In this document: positions 9,402 to 18,140 of the stretch, one piece after another
Layout of the letters: every line of letters starts with the position of its first letter
Numbering within the stretch: the stretch's first letter is position 1
IMG/VR virus record: IMGVR_UViG_3300020043_005056
Location: 1 to 62,418 of that record
Origin: a virus
Taxonomy: Duplodnaviria > Caudoviricetes
Length of the DNA stretch: 62,418 nucleotides
Strand: one strand, 5' to 3'
Translations under genes and position numbers: made by a program
The notes under the pieces: generated by a model
Told to the model about the DNA's origin: nothing
The model's database searches: none
What the model saw: only the letters and a program-made list of their open reading frames with translations

Positions 9402-9746
9402 TTAGAAAGGTAAGTCATCATCTTCTTCATCTTCTTGAGATTGTTGAGCTTCATTGAATTGATTAGCCATATCTCCATTTAACTTTGGAGCATTGCTTTT
9501 GGCTTCATACTTATCAACTGCACTTTCTTTTTCTTTAGCCTCGAATGTATCGAGGTCAATGTAATAGTTACCACTACGAGCTGTCTTAACCCCGAGGTTA
9601 ACCCAACCATTCTTTTGGTGTTGTTTCATAAAGGCGATAGCCTCTTCAACTTTAATACTAATTCTCCCTACTACGAAGTCAGGGGCTTTCTCGTTTCTTT
9701 TGAATAAGAAACCATCTGCGAAAATCTTTTCTACTTGGTCTGCCAT
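9402..9746 (-). CDS. single-stranded DNA-binding protein-like (start 9746, MADQVEK)
   Basis: Short beta-rich core, acidic tail ending EDEEDDDLPF, follows annealing-protein and exonuclease genes. Confidence 0.75.
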   Translation of the reverse strand: MADQVEKIFADGFLFKRNEKAPDFVVGRISIKVEEAIAFMKQHQKNGWVNLGVKTARSGNYYIDLDTFEAKEKESAVDKYEAKSNAPKLNGDMANQFNEAQQSQEDEEDDDLPF

Positions 9747-9766
9747 TGTAAATGTGTTTTTAGTTT

Positions 9767-9813
9767 GCCTTAGTCTATTTGAATCGAGCACAACCCCCTA
9801 AGGCTGAGGTTGT
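9767..9813 (-). promoter_or_regulatory. H-type RNA pseudoknot in the SSB leader
   Basis: S1 ACAACCUC/GGGGUUGU, one-A loop, S2 GCCUUAG/CUAAGGC, 20 nt before the ATG. Confidence 0.7.
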
Positions 9814-9827
9814 TACCCGATTTATTG

Positions 9828-10559
9828 TTAGTATAAAAATTCGTCAATGAAATAGTTATCGATGTCATCTGATGGATTCTCAGAGAAGTATCTCTGATAC
9901 ATATCGATTGCTCTTGCTACCTTAACCGCGCCACCATCTACAAATTCTTGAGTAGGTTTAAATACGGCAAGAACTCCTGTTACTTTATCAATAACGTAGA
10001 ACACTAAAGGTTTGCCAAATAGTATTTGATATATGTAACATTGGGAATCGTAGTTGTATTTCTTTGCGTTCCATTTGAACTTCTGAACATCACTTGTGGT
10101 CTTTAAGTCGATAACGCAATCCTCTGTTACAATGTCTGCCTTACCTTTCCACATCATACCTTGAATTTCTCCAACGGCAGGAACCTCAAATTGATTGCCT
10201 TTTTTGTATATTTCCTCGTAGAAAACAATATTACTATTGATAATCTTGACAAGACCTTTGACTTCATCAATTTCTTTTTTAAGCAAACAGAATGGTAAGT
10301 TGTTTGCTAAACAGAACTCTTTGTACTCTTTTGTAGTACGCGTACTTACGTCTACAAAAGGAACGTATTTAACTTTATCAGGCTCGAGGATTGACTGATG
10401 AAAGTATCTCCCCTCTGCAAATGCCTTGTTGTCCTCTCGTGGTTTACCAAACTCTTTTGGGTTCTCCAACAAGGTTCCGATATCTGAATTGGAAAGATAA
10501 TTTTTACCAACTCCTCCGTAGTATTCTCTGTCGTCTTTTAATAATTCTAATATATCCAT
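9828..10559 (-). CDS. PD-(D/E)XK exonuclease (RecE/ExoVIII, DUF3799-like)
   Basis: LSNSDI...GRYFHQSILEP...KGKAD...IDLKTT...YDSQCYIY. Confidence 0.85.
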   Translation of the reverse strand: MDILELLKDDREYYGGVGKNYLSNSDIGTLLENPKEFGKPREDNKAFAEGRYFHQSILEPDKVKYVPFVDVSTRTTKEYKEFCLANNLPFCLLKKEIDEVKGLVKIINSNIVFYEEIYKKGNQFEVPAVGEIQGMMWKGKADIVTEDCVIDLKTTSDVQKFKWNAKKYNYDSQCYIYQILFGKPLVFYVIDKVTGVLAVFKPTQEFVDGGAVKVARAIDMYQRYFSENPSDDIDNYFIDEFLY

Positions 10560-11224
10560 TACTCTGTTATTAGTTTAGCGATTTCTTTCTTAAGTGCCGG
10601 GCTGATTTTGTATTTACGAGTCAACTGTTTACCAATTTTCTCCATACCTAATTCTTTGTTGGTAGTAACATATTTAATTACATTGTTCCAATTCTCTGTA
10701 CCTTTCTTAAGGTCAGGAAGTTCTTCTGTTGGCTCTTTCTTAAGATTGATTGCTGATGGTTGAGCCACAGGTGTAGGCTCAGTATCAGGTAAATCTTCTC
10801 CTGCGTAGATATAGATACCCATACCAAACATAGCAAGGTTCTTAACCAAGCATCTCATAAGTGTTTTGTTGATGTCAAACATTGAGGCAGCCTCTACTGT
10901 TTTCTCTCCGTATCTTGTAGTATAATTATACGGTACATTTTTCATAGCTTTGTTTGCTCCATCCATAACAGGTAGCCACATCTCTAACATTTCTCCATTA
11001 ATAACTACTTGTGTCATTACCATATACCCAAGATTCTCGTCATAGATGTATGGTTTTTGAGTAATTGGGTCTTCTATTACTGAATAAGTTGCTTCAGGAA
11101 AAGCTTTCTTAGTTTCACTCCACGCCCACGCCCAACTTAAATAAGTTAGTCCACTTTTCTTTTCTACCTTTGCGTTTACATTGATAGCTGACAATTTCTC
11201 GAATGTCGATTGATTTGATTCCAT
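10559..11224 (-). CDS. Sak3-like (DUF1071) single-strand annealing protein
   Basis: LTYLSWAWAW, LPVMDGANK, INKTLMRCLVKNLAMFGMGIYIYAGEDLP. Confidence 0.85.
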   Translation of the reverse strand: MESNQSTFEKLSAINVNAKVEKKSGLTYLSWAWAWSETKKAFPEATYSVIEDPITQKPYIYDENLGYMVMTQVVINGEMLEMWLPVMDGANKAMKNVPYNYTTRYGEKTVEAASMFDINKTLMRCLVKNLAMFGMGIYIYAGEDLPDTEPTPVAQPSAINLKKEPTEELPDLKKGTENWNNVIKYVTTNKELGMEKIGKQLTRKYKISPALKKEIAKLITE

Positions 11225-11243
11225 TTGATTTAATTTGATTTAA

Positions 11244-11546
11244 TTATATAAAAACTGCTTTCTCTAATTCTCTGATGATAGTTTGGTAATCTCTATCTTC
11301 TTCAAGCTTTGCTTTAACGTTATTGATTCCATTAACGATTGAGTTATGATGGACTGAAGTTCCATTGTCCAACATAAAATGCTTGATTGTTACAAATTGC
11401 ATTTGTCTTTTATGACATAAATAATAAAGCATTTGTCTTGCATCTACTACGTGTCTTTCTTTTGATTTTGAAAATAGAATGTGTCTTTTTATATTAAAGA
11501 TTTCCATTACCTTATCAACATACTGATTGAATACATCTTCTTTCAT
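11244..11546 (-). CDS. second DnaA domain IV-like HTH protein
   Basis: SKSKERHVVDARQMLYYLC...HNSIVNGI; paralog-like to 3317..3811 (shared VVDAR). Confidence 0.6.
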   Translation of the reverse strand: MKEDVFNQYVDKVMEIFNIKRHILFSKSKERHVVDARQMLYYLCHKRQMQFVTIKHFMLDNGTSVHHNSIVNGINNVKAKLEEDRDYQTIIRELEKAVFI

Positions 11547-11568
11547 TTGATTTGATTTAATTAAAAAG

Positions 11569-11576
11569 CAAAGTTA
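11569..11576 (-). promoter_or_regulatory. Bacteroidota -7 promoter for the replication/recombination operon
   Basis: TAACTTTG on the minus strand, 22 nt upstream of ATG 11546. Confidence 0.7.
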
Positions 11577-11617
11577 CAAATAATTATCATAACTTTTACA
11601 ATTTATTTACTTTTTTA

Positions 11618-11971
11618 TTAACACTCACTACACCAAAGTTTCTCTGATATTTTATTCCAAATAGCATTTTCAATATCGTCAAGTACATTACCTTTTATTT
11701 TTGATGTGTATCTAAATGTTCCTGAACTTAGACTCGTTACTTGAATATACTCGCCACCAACATATTGTATAACTTCGCTACAAGAGGCAAGTAAAGCTAC
11801 TGTTGGGTTGTCTTTAAGAAACTCTTCTTTTGGTATAAACTTACCTGATAATCTCCACTCGTTCAATGTGATTGTCCTTCTTTCTAATATACTTGAAAGA
11901 ATTGATAACAATTCCTGATTAGGTTTTTCTTTAGCTAATTCGTTTTCGTAATGTTTTTTTATTGTTCCCAT
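11618..11971 (-). CDS. hypothetical protein
   Basis: ATG ORF in operon. Confidence 0.7.
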   Translation of the reverse strand: MGTIKKHYENELAKEKPNQELLSILSSILERRTITLNEWRLSGKFIPKEEFLKDNPTVALLASCSEVIQYVGGEYIQVTSLSSGTFRYTSKIKGNVLDDIENAIWNKISEKLWCSEC

Positions 11972-11972
11972 T

Positions 11973-12371
11973 TTATATTGTGTTTAATTCTGAATACTTA
12001 ACATAGATAAACCCTTCGTGAGTTATTTTATCTGCTTTTTCCCAACTGTCTCTTGTTATTAATACATCAGTATCTTTAACAAACTGACCATTTATCATTT
12101 GACCTGTCCGTTTGCTTATTACATCGTAAGCTGTATTTAAACATTCCTCAATAGTAAGACCTTGCATCTTGGCTTGTATGATAAGTGTTACCACTATGTC
12201 TCCAATAGCATCTTTAATTTCTTGTTTGTCATCGTTGAGGATGGCATTACATAATTCTGTCAACTCCTCTTGAGTTTTCATTGCTTGTTTGATAGGCGTA
12301 GCTTGTGCTAATATACCTTTCTCTTCTGCCCATACTTCGATGGCGCACTCTAATTCAAAGTAATCTTTCAT
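11973..12371 (-). CDS. MazG-like nucleotide pyrophosphohydrolase
   Basis: KTQEELTEL...IKDAIGDIVVTLII...CLNTAYDVISKRTG. Confidence 0.85.
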   Translation of the reverse strand: MKDYFELECAIEVWAEEKGILAQATPIKQAMKTQEELTELCNAILNDDKQEIKDAIGDIVVTLIIQAKMQGLTIEECLNTAYDVISKRTGQMINGQFVKDTDVLITRDSWEKADKITHEGFIYVKYSELNTI

Positions 12372-12753
12372 AATCTTTTACTGCTTTTTTAATTTCATAA
12401 TAATTTACATTCATCCTGCCTGAATTTATCCTGACAAGTATTGCTCTCGGGATTGCTATTAGATTATCCAAGTGGTCATTGTCTTTGTCTCCATCTAAGT
12501 GGTAGATTATCCAACCATTACGGATTGGTCCATTAGCATCCTCGTACACTTTCTTAGGTCTTCGAACTCTTTTGTTTATTCCGTTGTAAAGATACGCACA
12601 ATCTTTCTTAATTAATTGAACTCCACCTTTCCAACTATAGTGGTCCTTACCTACCATCTCCCCTTTTTTGAACTCGGTTGAGGGGTTGAGGTGTATTCCC
12701 TTAACCCCCGAGTTCCAAGGTTTATGCCCTTTTTTAAAGCATCCACTATTCAT
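12355..12753 (-). CDS. HNH endonuclease with FKKG (NUMOD-like) repeats
   Basis: FKKGHKPWN, EFKKG, WKGG, YHLDGDKDNDHLDNL. Confidence 0.8.
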   Translation of the reverse strand: MNSGCFKKGHKPWNSGVKGIHLNPSTEFKKGEMVGKDHYSWKGGVQLIKKDCAYLYNGINKRVRRPKKVYEDANGPIRNGWIIYHLDGDKDNDHLDNLIAIPRAILVRINSGRMNVNYYEIKKAVKDYERLL

Positions 12754-12925
12754 TTTCTATAAACTTCTGCTCTACAAATTTTAATAAGTTTTCCATAGTT
12801 TCAAAAACGTATGGAATAGGTCTCGCTGTGCCTTGAGCGTAGTGGTCATTTAGGTAAACTGCAAACCCATTTTGCACAGGTTGAATAGTTAGTCTCTCTG
12901 TAATTGGTTGAATATTTTTACACAT
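12746..12925 (-). CDS. 59-aa hypothetical protein (not in ORF track)
   Basis: MCKNIQPITERLTIQPVQNGFAVY...; fills the gap and overlaps both neighbours. Confidence 0.6.
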   Translation of the reverse strand: MCKNIQPITERLTIQPVQNGFAVYLNDHYAQGTARPIPYVFETMENLLKFVEQKFIENE

Positions 12926-13221
12926 TATTCTACATTTTTTAGGTTCATATTCTCTGCTTCATACTTAATACCTTCCCAAACTAATTCGTAAATAGCATCG
13001 TACTGAAGTACTCTGCCTAATACTTTTTGAGCTTGTTCCTCGGTACAATGGTAATTCATTTTAACATCTTCAGTTTGCCAAAGATTGTCCACGAAGTAGC
13101 CATTGTCTTTTAGTAATTGTTTTGCACTTTCGACGTCAAGTTGTTTGATTACTGCATCGAAGTCTCTGCTTACTACATCAAAGTCTTTTACCTCGATGTC
13201 ATTGATTTTGTTTGTGTCCAT
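12925..13221 (-). CDS. hypothetical protein
   Basis: ATG ORF with AAATCAAAT leader. Confidence 0.7.
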   Translation of the reverse strand: MDTNKINDIEVKDFDVVSRDFDAVIKQLDVESAKQLLKDNGYFVDNLWQTEDVKMNYHCTEEQAQKVLGRVLQYDAIYELVWEGIKYEAENMNLKNVE

Positions 13222-13250
13222 TATATTTGATTTGATTAAGTTTAAAAATA

Positions 13251-13392
13251 TGCTTGTCTTTCCAAGCTGTCAGTCTTATTGTAATTTCAGCACTATGAGT
13301 AGAGTATAAACTCTTGAGTGGCGACTGAATTGACCAATGGCATTACAACGACCTACATTACCGACAAGTAAGGATTCTTATAACCGCCACTC
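13251..13392 (-). ncRNA. putative structured cis-regulatory RNA
   Basis: 10-bp stem 13392-13383/13325-13316, possible 7-bp pseudoknot, two further hairpins including GCUUG-GAAAGA-CAAGC. Confidence 0.55.
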
Positions 13393-13395
13393 CTT

Positions 13396-13620
13396 TTAAA
13401 TTGTAATAAGGTTAAACTCCGAGTAGAGTTCAATCTTCTTTCTTGGGTAACGTTTTATCAATGCGTTTAATAGCACCTCGTTATCATATTCTTCATACCC
13501 ATCGCGTTCTGCATTGACGATGGGTGTAATTACTTCTACAATGTCTTCCTCTGTGAGTTCTGTTTGTAGGTAAAAATCTTCTTCTTTGTACCCTGTGGTA
13601 CTTACTCTAAATATCTTCAT
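13396..13620 (-). CDS. small acidic hypothetical protein
   Basis: ORF in the packed early operon. Confidence 0.7.
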   Translation of the reverse strand: MKIFRVSTTGYKEEDFYLQTELTEEDIVEVITPIVNAERDGYEEYDNEVLLNALIKRYPRKKIELYSEFNLITI

Positions 13621-13897
13621 CTCTTAAAAATTTTCTAAATTCATCTGTTAAACCCTTTAGTGCAATACGCATCATCTTATCCTCTATGGCTTTGGTAGCC
13701 AAGAACAATATTATTTCGTAGTCAAGTTTTTCGTGAATTAACTCAGCCATTTGACTTGACTTACTAATAGAGTCGTCGTCTTCATACCTCTGCATAACTC
13801 CTCTAATTAAATAATCTACTTGTTCGCCATCTACTTGACAGTCAATAGCATCTAACACATCTTTTTGTGTGTGGTCGAATTTTAAATGTATTTTCAT
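13607..13897 (-). CDS. hypothetical protein
   Basis: ORF overlapping its neighbours. Confidence 0.7.
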   Translation of the reverse strand: MKIHLKFDHTQKDVLDAIDCQVDGEQVDYLIRGVMQRYEDDDSISKSSQMAELIHEKLDYEIILFLATKAIEDKMMRIALKGLTDEFRKFLRDEDI

Positions 13898-14103
13898 AAT
13901 TTGTCGTTTTTTATAAATCCTACTTCAATTCCTACCTTTGCTCCGTTTTCAAAGATAGTTTTTATTTCATCAAAAGTTTCTATTAGACTCTCAGAATCAT
14001 CACTATGCAATGTGTATAGGTCGAATAATTCCAATGAGAATATGAACTCTGCTTGTTCTTGCGTTACTAATTTCCAAACGAAATTGTCCTGTGTTATTTT
14101 CAT
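13894..14103 (-). CDS. hypothetical protein (probable start 14103, MKITQ)
   Basis: ATG preceded by AAACTATCATCTT, the same leader as at 15794. Confidence 0.65.
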   Translation of the reverse strand: MKITQDNFVWKLVTQEQAEFIFSLELFDLYTLHSDDSESLIETFDEIKTIFENGAKVGIEVGFIKNDKL

Positions 14104-14117
14104 AAGATGATAGTTTG

Positions 14118-14477
14118 TTATAACTCTGCTTGGAATGAACACGAACCACTACCTTCAACACATTCTCGTATCTGTATGCCTAATCCTAAATCGGCATAGT
14201 CTCTTAGTTCTTCATTGGTTACACCTAATCCTACTAATGTTTCATCGTTGTATCCTTGACCTGTCTTAAAGAAGTCTTCAAGTATTGTTTTCTTGTCGCC
14301 TAACTTTTCTTCGATGGTCTTAATCTCCTCATTGATAGCATCTAAATGGTCTTCATTGAAGTAATACTCAATGTAATTAGGCTCTAATTCTTCGCCACCA
14401 AATCTACTTGCGGCATCACTTGACTGAAGGGCAAACCAAAATTTGCCCTGAATATCTCCACTATAATATCTTCCCAT
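14118..14477 (-). CDS. acidic hypothetical phage protein
   Basis: MGRYYSGDIQGKFWFALQSS...CSFQAEL. Confidence 0.75.
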   Translation of the reverse strand: MGRYYSGDIQGKFWFALQSSDAASRFGGEELEPNYIEYYFNEDHLDAINEEIKTIEEKLGDKKTILEDFFKTGQGYNDETLVGLGVTNEELRDYADLGLGIQIRECVEGSGSCSFQAEL

Positions 14478-14480
14478 TTC

Positions 14481-15047
14481 TTATTTATTTAATTGATTAG
14501 TTAATTGTTCTATTGTTGGCAATACCTTGTTGCCTTCTTCATCTATGACTAAGAAGTCTTGTATGTCTGAAAGACCAATGGTCATCTTATCATAATTGTC
14601 TATGGCAAATTTTAATTTAGCCTTAGTTTTTTCTTCATTAGATAACAAATCAAACATTCGTGCCTTCTTACCGAATACATCCTTGAACATTTTGAATTGC
14701 TCTAACTGAATACATATCTCTCTTTTGTTATCTTCATTGCTGATGTCCAATCCCTTGGCGGCTGTTGTCAATCCACTACTAACCATTGTTGTTATTAGTA
14801 AGTTGAGGTTATTGATTGGCATACCACCCAAAGATATGTGTGATGTCTCATTAATATCCCAATCGTCTAACCCTATGCAGTTGTCGTACTTCGTTCTATA
14901 CACTCGTGCATAAAATGTTATTGTCATTTTTAATGCACCCTTGCGTATATCTATTGTTCCGTAGAACTCAGGGGTTGCTGATAACTTTGCATTGCTTGAT
15001 GTTACTTCTGCATTTTCGTTTGAGAAGTTTGATAAAAAATTTTCCAT
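14481..15047 (-). CDS. hypothetical protein
   Basis: 188-aa ATG ORF. Confidence 0.7.
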   Translation of the reverse strand: MENFLSNFSNENAEVTSSNAKLSATPEFYGTIDIRKGALKMTITFYARVYRTKYDNCIGLDDWDINETSHISLGGMPINNLNLLITTMVSSGLTTAAKGLDISNEDNKREICIQLEQFKMFKDVFGKKARMFDLLSNEEKTKAKLKFAIDNYDKMTIGLSDIQDFLVIDEEGNKVLPTIEQLTNQLNK

Positions 15048-15052
15048 AATTT

Positions 15053-15211
15053 CTAATTGTTTAATTGTTTAATAAATATTTCTGTGTTCTGTTCAAATGT
15101 TAATAGGTTCTGATAATGCTCTTCAAAGCACATCAATTCAAATTCTGAATAGTCTGATGAGTTGAGCATATCTGATACCCAATCCTCGAAGTAATAAATT
15201 TCTTCTTCCAT
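15053..15211 (-). CDS. 52-aa acidic peptide (not in ORF track)
   Basis: MEEEIYYFEDWVSDMLNSSDYSEFELMCFEEHYQNLL...; fills the gap exactly. Confidence 0.6.
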   Translation of the reverse strand: MEEEIYYFEDWVSDMLNSSDYSEFELMCFEEHYQNLLTFEQNTEIFIKQLNN

Positions 15212-15214
15212 AGT

Positions 15215-15520
15215 TTATTTAATTAATGAGTTCATTTTATCTAATAAGAATTTTGTATCTCTTTCAACCATCTTATCCTTTACTAACTTGGATATGACAC
15301 ACTCAAGTTCAAATTTATACCTGCTTATGTTTATTGCACCATAAGATATAGGTTTGCCATCGTGCCAATCTCTTACCTCGTAAAATCTATCTCTTACGTC
15401 TGCTCCGTTATCTTCAGCAAATTTTAATATCTGTGTGGATATGTTATTTGCGAATGATTTTATTTGCTCATCTACTCTGCCTTCAATGAGTTCATCTATG
15501 TGTTTCGTGCTTTTTATCAT
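15215..15520 (-). CDS. hypothetical protein (probable start MIKSTK)
   Basis: ATGA coupling to upstream ORF 15517..15663. Confidence 0.65.
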   Translation of the reverse strand: MIKSTKHIDELIEGRVDEQIKSFANNISTQILKFAEDNGADVRDRFYEVRDWHDGKPISYGAINISRYKFELECVISKLVKDKMVERDTKFLLDKMNSLIK

Positions 15521-15663
15521 AGCTTGATTTTTTTGTACCAAACGATGAAGTTATCTCCACACTCGTTGGCTAATTGATTGCATAGTTTCTTTGCTCTGTA
15601 AAGGGAAGAGGTGCTTGTTAGCACCTCGTTATTATCCCGATAGTTTAAATAGATTGTATACAT
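15517..15663 (-). CDS. 48-aa hypothetical protein (not in ORF track)
   Basis: MYTIYLNYRDNNEVLTSTSSLYRAKKLC... Confidence 0.5.
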   Translation of the reverse strand: MYTIYLNYRDNNEVLTSTSSLYRAKKLCNQLANECGDNFIVWYKKIKL

Positions 15664-15794
15664 CTTTTCTGTGTTTTTAATTGCTGATTGTTTTCATAGA
15701 CAATCCGGTATGCTTTAGTCATACCGTGATTATCTGCCAAGTGAATGCTTTTAATTTTGACAAGCCATTCGTAGAACTTTGTTACGTCTTCCAT
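15645..15794 (-). CDS. 49-aa hypothetical protein (not in ORF track)
   Basis: MEDVTKFYEWLVKIKSIHLAD...; shared AAACTATCATCTT leader. Confidence 0.55.
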   Translation of the reverse strand: MEDVTKFYEWLVKIKSIHLADNHGMTKAYRIVYENNQQLKTQKRCIQSI

Positions 15795-15806
15795 AAGATG
15801 ATAGTT

Positions 15807-16652
15807 TTAAATTGTGTAATCATTTGATATTAAAATATATAATTCCTTAATGTCATCTACATTGTTGAGTGCCATATAAGTCTCTAAGTCATTGAACGAT
15901 GCGTCAGCATTCGGGTCTAATCCGTATATGTCGCATAAGTAATCGTACATATCCCACTCGTCTAAATCCAATAGGTCTGTATCAGATGATTCATCCCACT
16001 CGTCAATCTTATTGTAGTCGAATGAATACGTGGTCTTATCGTAAGTCTTAGTAGTAGCAGCAGGCGTACTTGCGGCTGTCTTACTAACTTTCTGATTGCC
16101 ATAGTACTTGAAGTCATTGTATTGTTTGTATGAGTCGTTTGAGTACCAATTACCATTAGCCCATTTACCTAACTCTTCGTTGATAATAGTGTACTTATCT
16201 TTGTTATCTAAGAAGATTAACTTGCTATATCCTATGTACTCTGATATGAAGAACTTACTCATCTCACACGTGAGGAAGTTATGCTTGAATTTCTTGAGCA
16301 TATCGTTGAACTCGTAGGTATCGGAGAAACTTTTATTACCCAAACCTTTGATAATACCATTGTGTACAAATCCTAAGTCATCATTGACAAGGAATGGATG
16401 TAGGTTGTGCTCTCCGTTGTATCCACTCGTGGCTATCCTGAAGTGTAGCACGATATTGCCGATAGTATTATCGTCACGCAACTCATTGTATTTGTCAACG
16501 TACTCCTCGTAGTCATACGACTTGAATACATTTAACTTGCCATCTTTATTCCATAGAAGACCTGCTCCCATATCATTGTTATCCCAAGAATGTTGAACTT
16601 GTTTTTTAGGTAATCTACCTGCTTTCTTTGTATTTAATATTGCTATACACAT
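15807..16652 (-). CDS. class II glutamine amidotransferase (Ntn, YafJ/GATase_4-like)
   Basis: N-terminal Met-Cys, HFRIATSG, HPF, FVHNGII, SDT. Confidence 0.9.
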   Translation of the reverse strand: MCIAILNTKKAGRLPKKQVQHSWDNNDMGAGLLWNKDGKLNVFKSYDYEEYVDKYNELRDDNTIGNIVLHFRIATSGYNGEHNLHPFLVNDDLGFVHNGIIKGLGNKSFSDTYEFNDMLKKFKHNFLTCEMSKFFISEYIGYSKLIFLDNKDKYTIINEELGKWANGNWYSNDSYKQYNDFKYYGNQKVSKTAASTPAATTKTYDKTTYSFDYNKIDEWDESSDTDLLDLDEWDMYDYLCDIYGLDPNADASFNDLETYMALNNVDDIKELYILISNDYTI

Positions 16653-16657
16653 AATTT

Positions 16658-17872
16658 CTATTTTTTATCTTTGTTAATATCTAATCCTTCAAATTGTCTT
16701 GTAAAATCTATGAACCTCTGCTTAAGTATTAATAACTTTTCGTCAGAGTATGTTTGCTTGAGTAACTTAGTAAACTTAGTATCTACGTTGTAGTATGCCC
16801 TAATGATGTCGTTAGTAGGGTTCTGCAAAATCATCATAAGTAATTTTGTTCGCCACTTTAACGTAGTTATATTGGGTACTGCGCTGATGATACGAAACTC
16901 AACCCTATCGTGATGTATCTTGATAGCTTGGTACTTCTCGTTATCTTCCTCGAGGTCTCTGTTACTCTTACCTTTGGAATAGTTCTTGTCAACCCTACCG
17001 TAGTACAAGGCGTAGAATAGTGGAGTATATCCCTTGAGCTTGTCGAATAGCTGATTGCCATTCAATCCTTTCTCTGATAAGTGGATATGACCACCACATC
17101 TTGGAGATATTTTTGCATTGATGTGTCTAACGAGTACCTTATTGCCTTCAATATGCTCGAAGATTTTATCAATGTTGAACTCGAATGTAGGGCTAATCAA
17201 CTCATAGCCACAGTCGTCACTAAGACTACCATCTCTTTCCTTACGCCACATATGGTCGGTCTCTTCCTCGAAGTCTTGAATGTTGATGCTCTCTAATACA
17301 TCTTCATCTTCTTTCTCAATCTCGTACCCGATACGATACTTGGACTTGCCATCGAAGTTCTTAGTTCGATAGCTACCATTGTGATAACCTCTGACGTATT
17401 CTTCTTTCTCGTCAGGTGGATACGAATAGTACCCATCGCCATCGTGGTAGTACGCATCGTCTTCACTCCATATCTCGCCCTCGTCTTCTACATACACAAG
17501 CTCGTGATAAGATAGCGCATCACTATCGTAGTAGTCGCCACGATAAATATTTAGGTCACAGTTATTTTCTGCCCACCTACGACTATACGTGGTCTCACTT
17601 CTATGCTCATAAACGGTAACTGCTTCGTCATCGCTGAACCAATCGTCTTCTCCGTTACAATAGAAAGCATTGTCTCTATCCAATACATTTCCGTAATAGT
17701 CTTGAACATACTCCTCTCCACCATAGAAACGGTCTCCATTTTTGAACCAATCTCCATTGGCAAAGTCATCAACGGTAATGTACCCGTGCTTGATGCTGTC
17801 AATCGCATACTCTATGCGCTCTCGGTTGTCATCTAATACTTCGTAAAGTACTTTTAATTCTGATAATCTCAT
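16658..17872 (-). CDS. putative amidoligase (COOH-NH2 ligase, Amidoligase_2-like)
   Basis: IGYEIEKE, ERDGSL, YELISP, CGGHIHLS, VEFR; acidic Tyr/Asp-rich N-terminal repeats; adjacent to the GATase. Confidence 0.8.
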   Translation of the reverse strand: MRLSELKVLYEVLDDNRERIEYAIDSIKHGYITVDDFANGDWFKNGDRFYGGEEYVQDYYGNVLDRDNAFYCNGEDDWFSDDEAVTVYEHRSETTYSRRWAENNCDLNIYRGDYYDSDALSYHELVYVEDEGEIWSEDDAYYHDGDGYYSYPPDEKEEYVRGYHNGSYRTKNFDGKSKYRIGYEIEKEDEDVLESINIQDFEEETDHMWRKERDGSLSDDCGYELISPTFEFNIDKIFEHIEGNKVLVRHINAKISPRCGGHIHLSEKGLNGNQLFDKLKGYTPLFYALYYGRVDKNYSKGKSNRDLEEDNEKYQAIKIHHDRVEFRIISAVPNITTLKWRTKLLMMILQNPTNDIIRAYYNVDTKFTKLLKQTYSDEKLLILKQRFIDFTRQFEGLDINKDKK

Positions 17873-17895
17873 AATGTAAAAAATTTAGTTAATAA

Positions 17896-18138
17896 TTATT
17901 CTAAGTTAAAATCAAATACGTGTTGAGTGAGGTGTGAGTTCTCTATTGTGCAATAGACTAAGCTATTCCAATCATAGAAGTCTCTACAATCTTCGGGTGT
18001 TGGTACATCGTAGTAACGATTTACATCTACCCATACGTGAAAGCATTGGAGTAACTTGTTGTAGTCAGTACTCAATACTTCATAGACCTTGTCATATACA
18101 TCGTGGTCTAATTCTTCCTTAAATTCTGTGTAGTCCAT
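17896..18138 (-). CDS. small acidic hypothetical protein
   Basis: ATG ORF rich in D/E/Y. Confidence 0.7.
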   Translation of the reverse strand: MDYTEFKEELDHDVYDKVYEVLSTDYNKLLQCFHVWVDVNRYYDVPTPEDCRDFYDWNSLVYCTIENSHLTQHVFDFNLE

Positions 18139-18140
18139 AA

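Noticed and set aside
9747-9791. N-terminal extension of the SSB ORF from GTG 9791
   Set aside because: It lies within the pseudoknot; ATG 9746 has the A-rich leader.
13316-13392. tRNA gene (77 nt closed by a GC-rich stem)
   Set aside because: No TTC T-loop and no cloverleaf arms.
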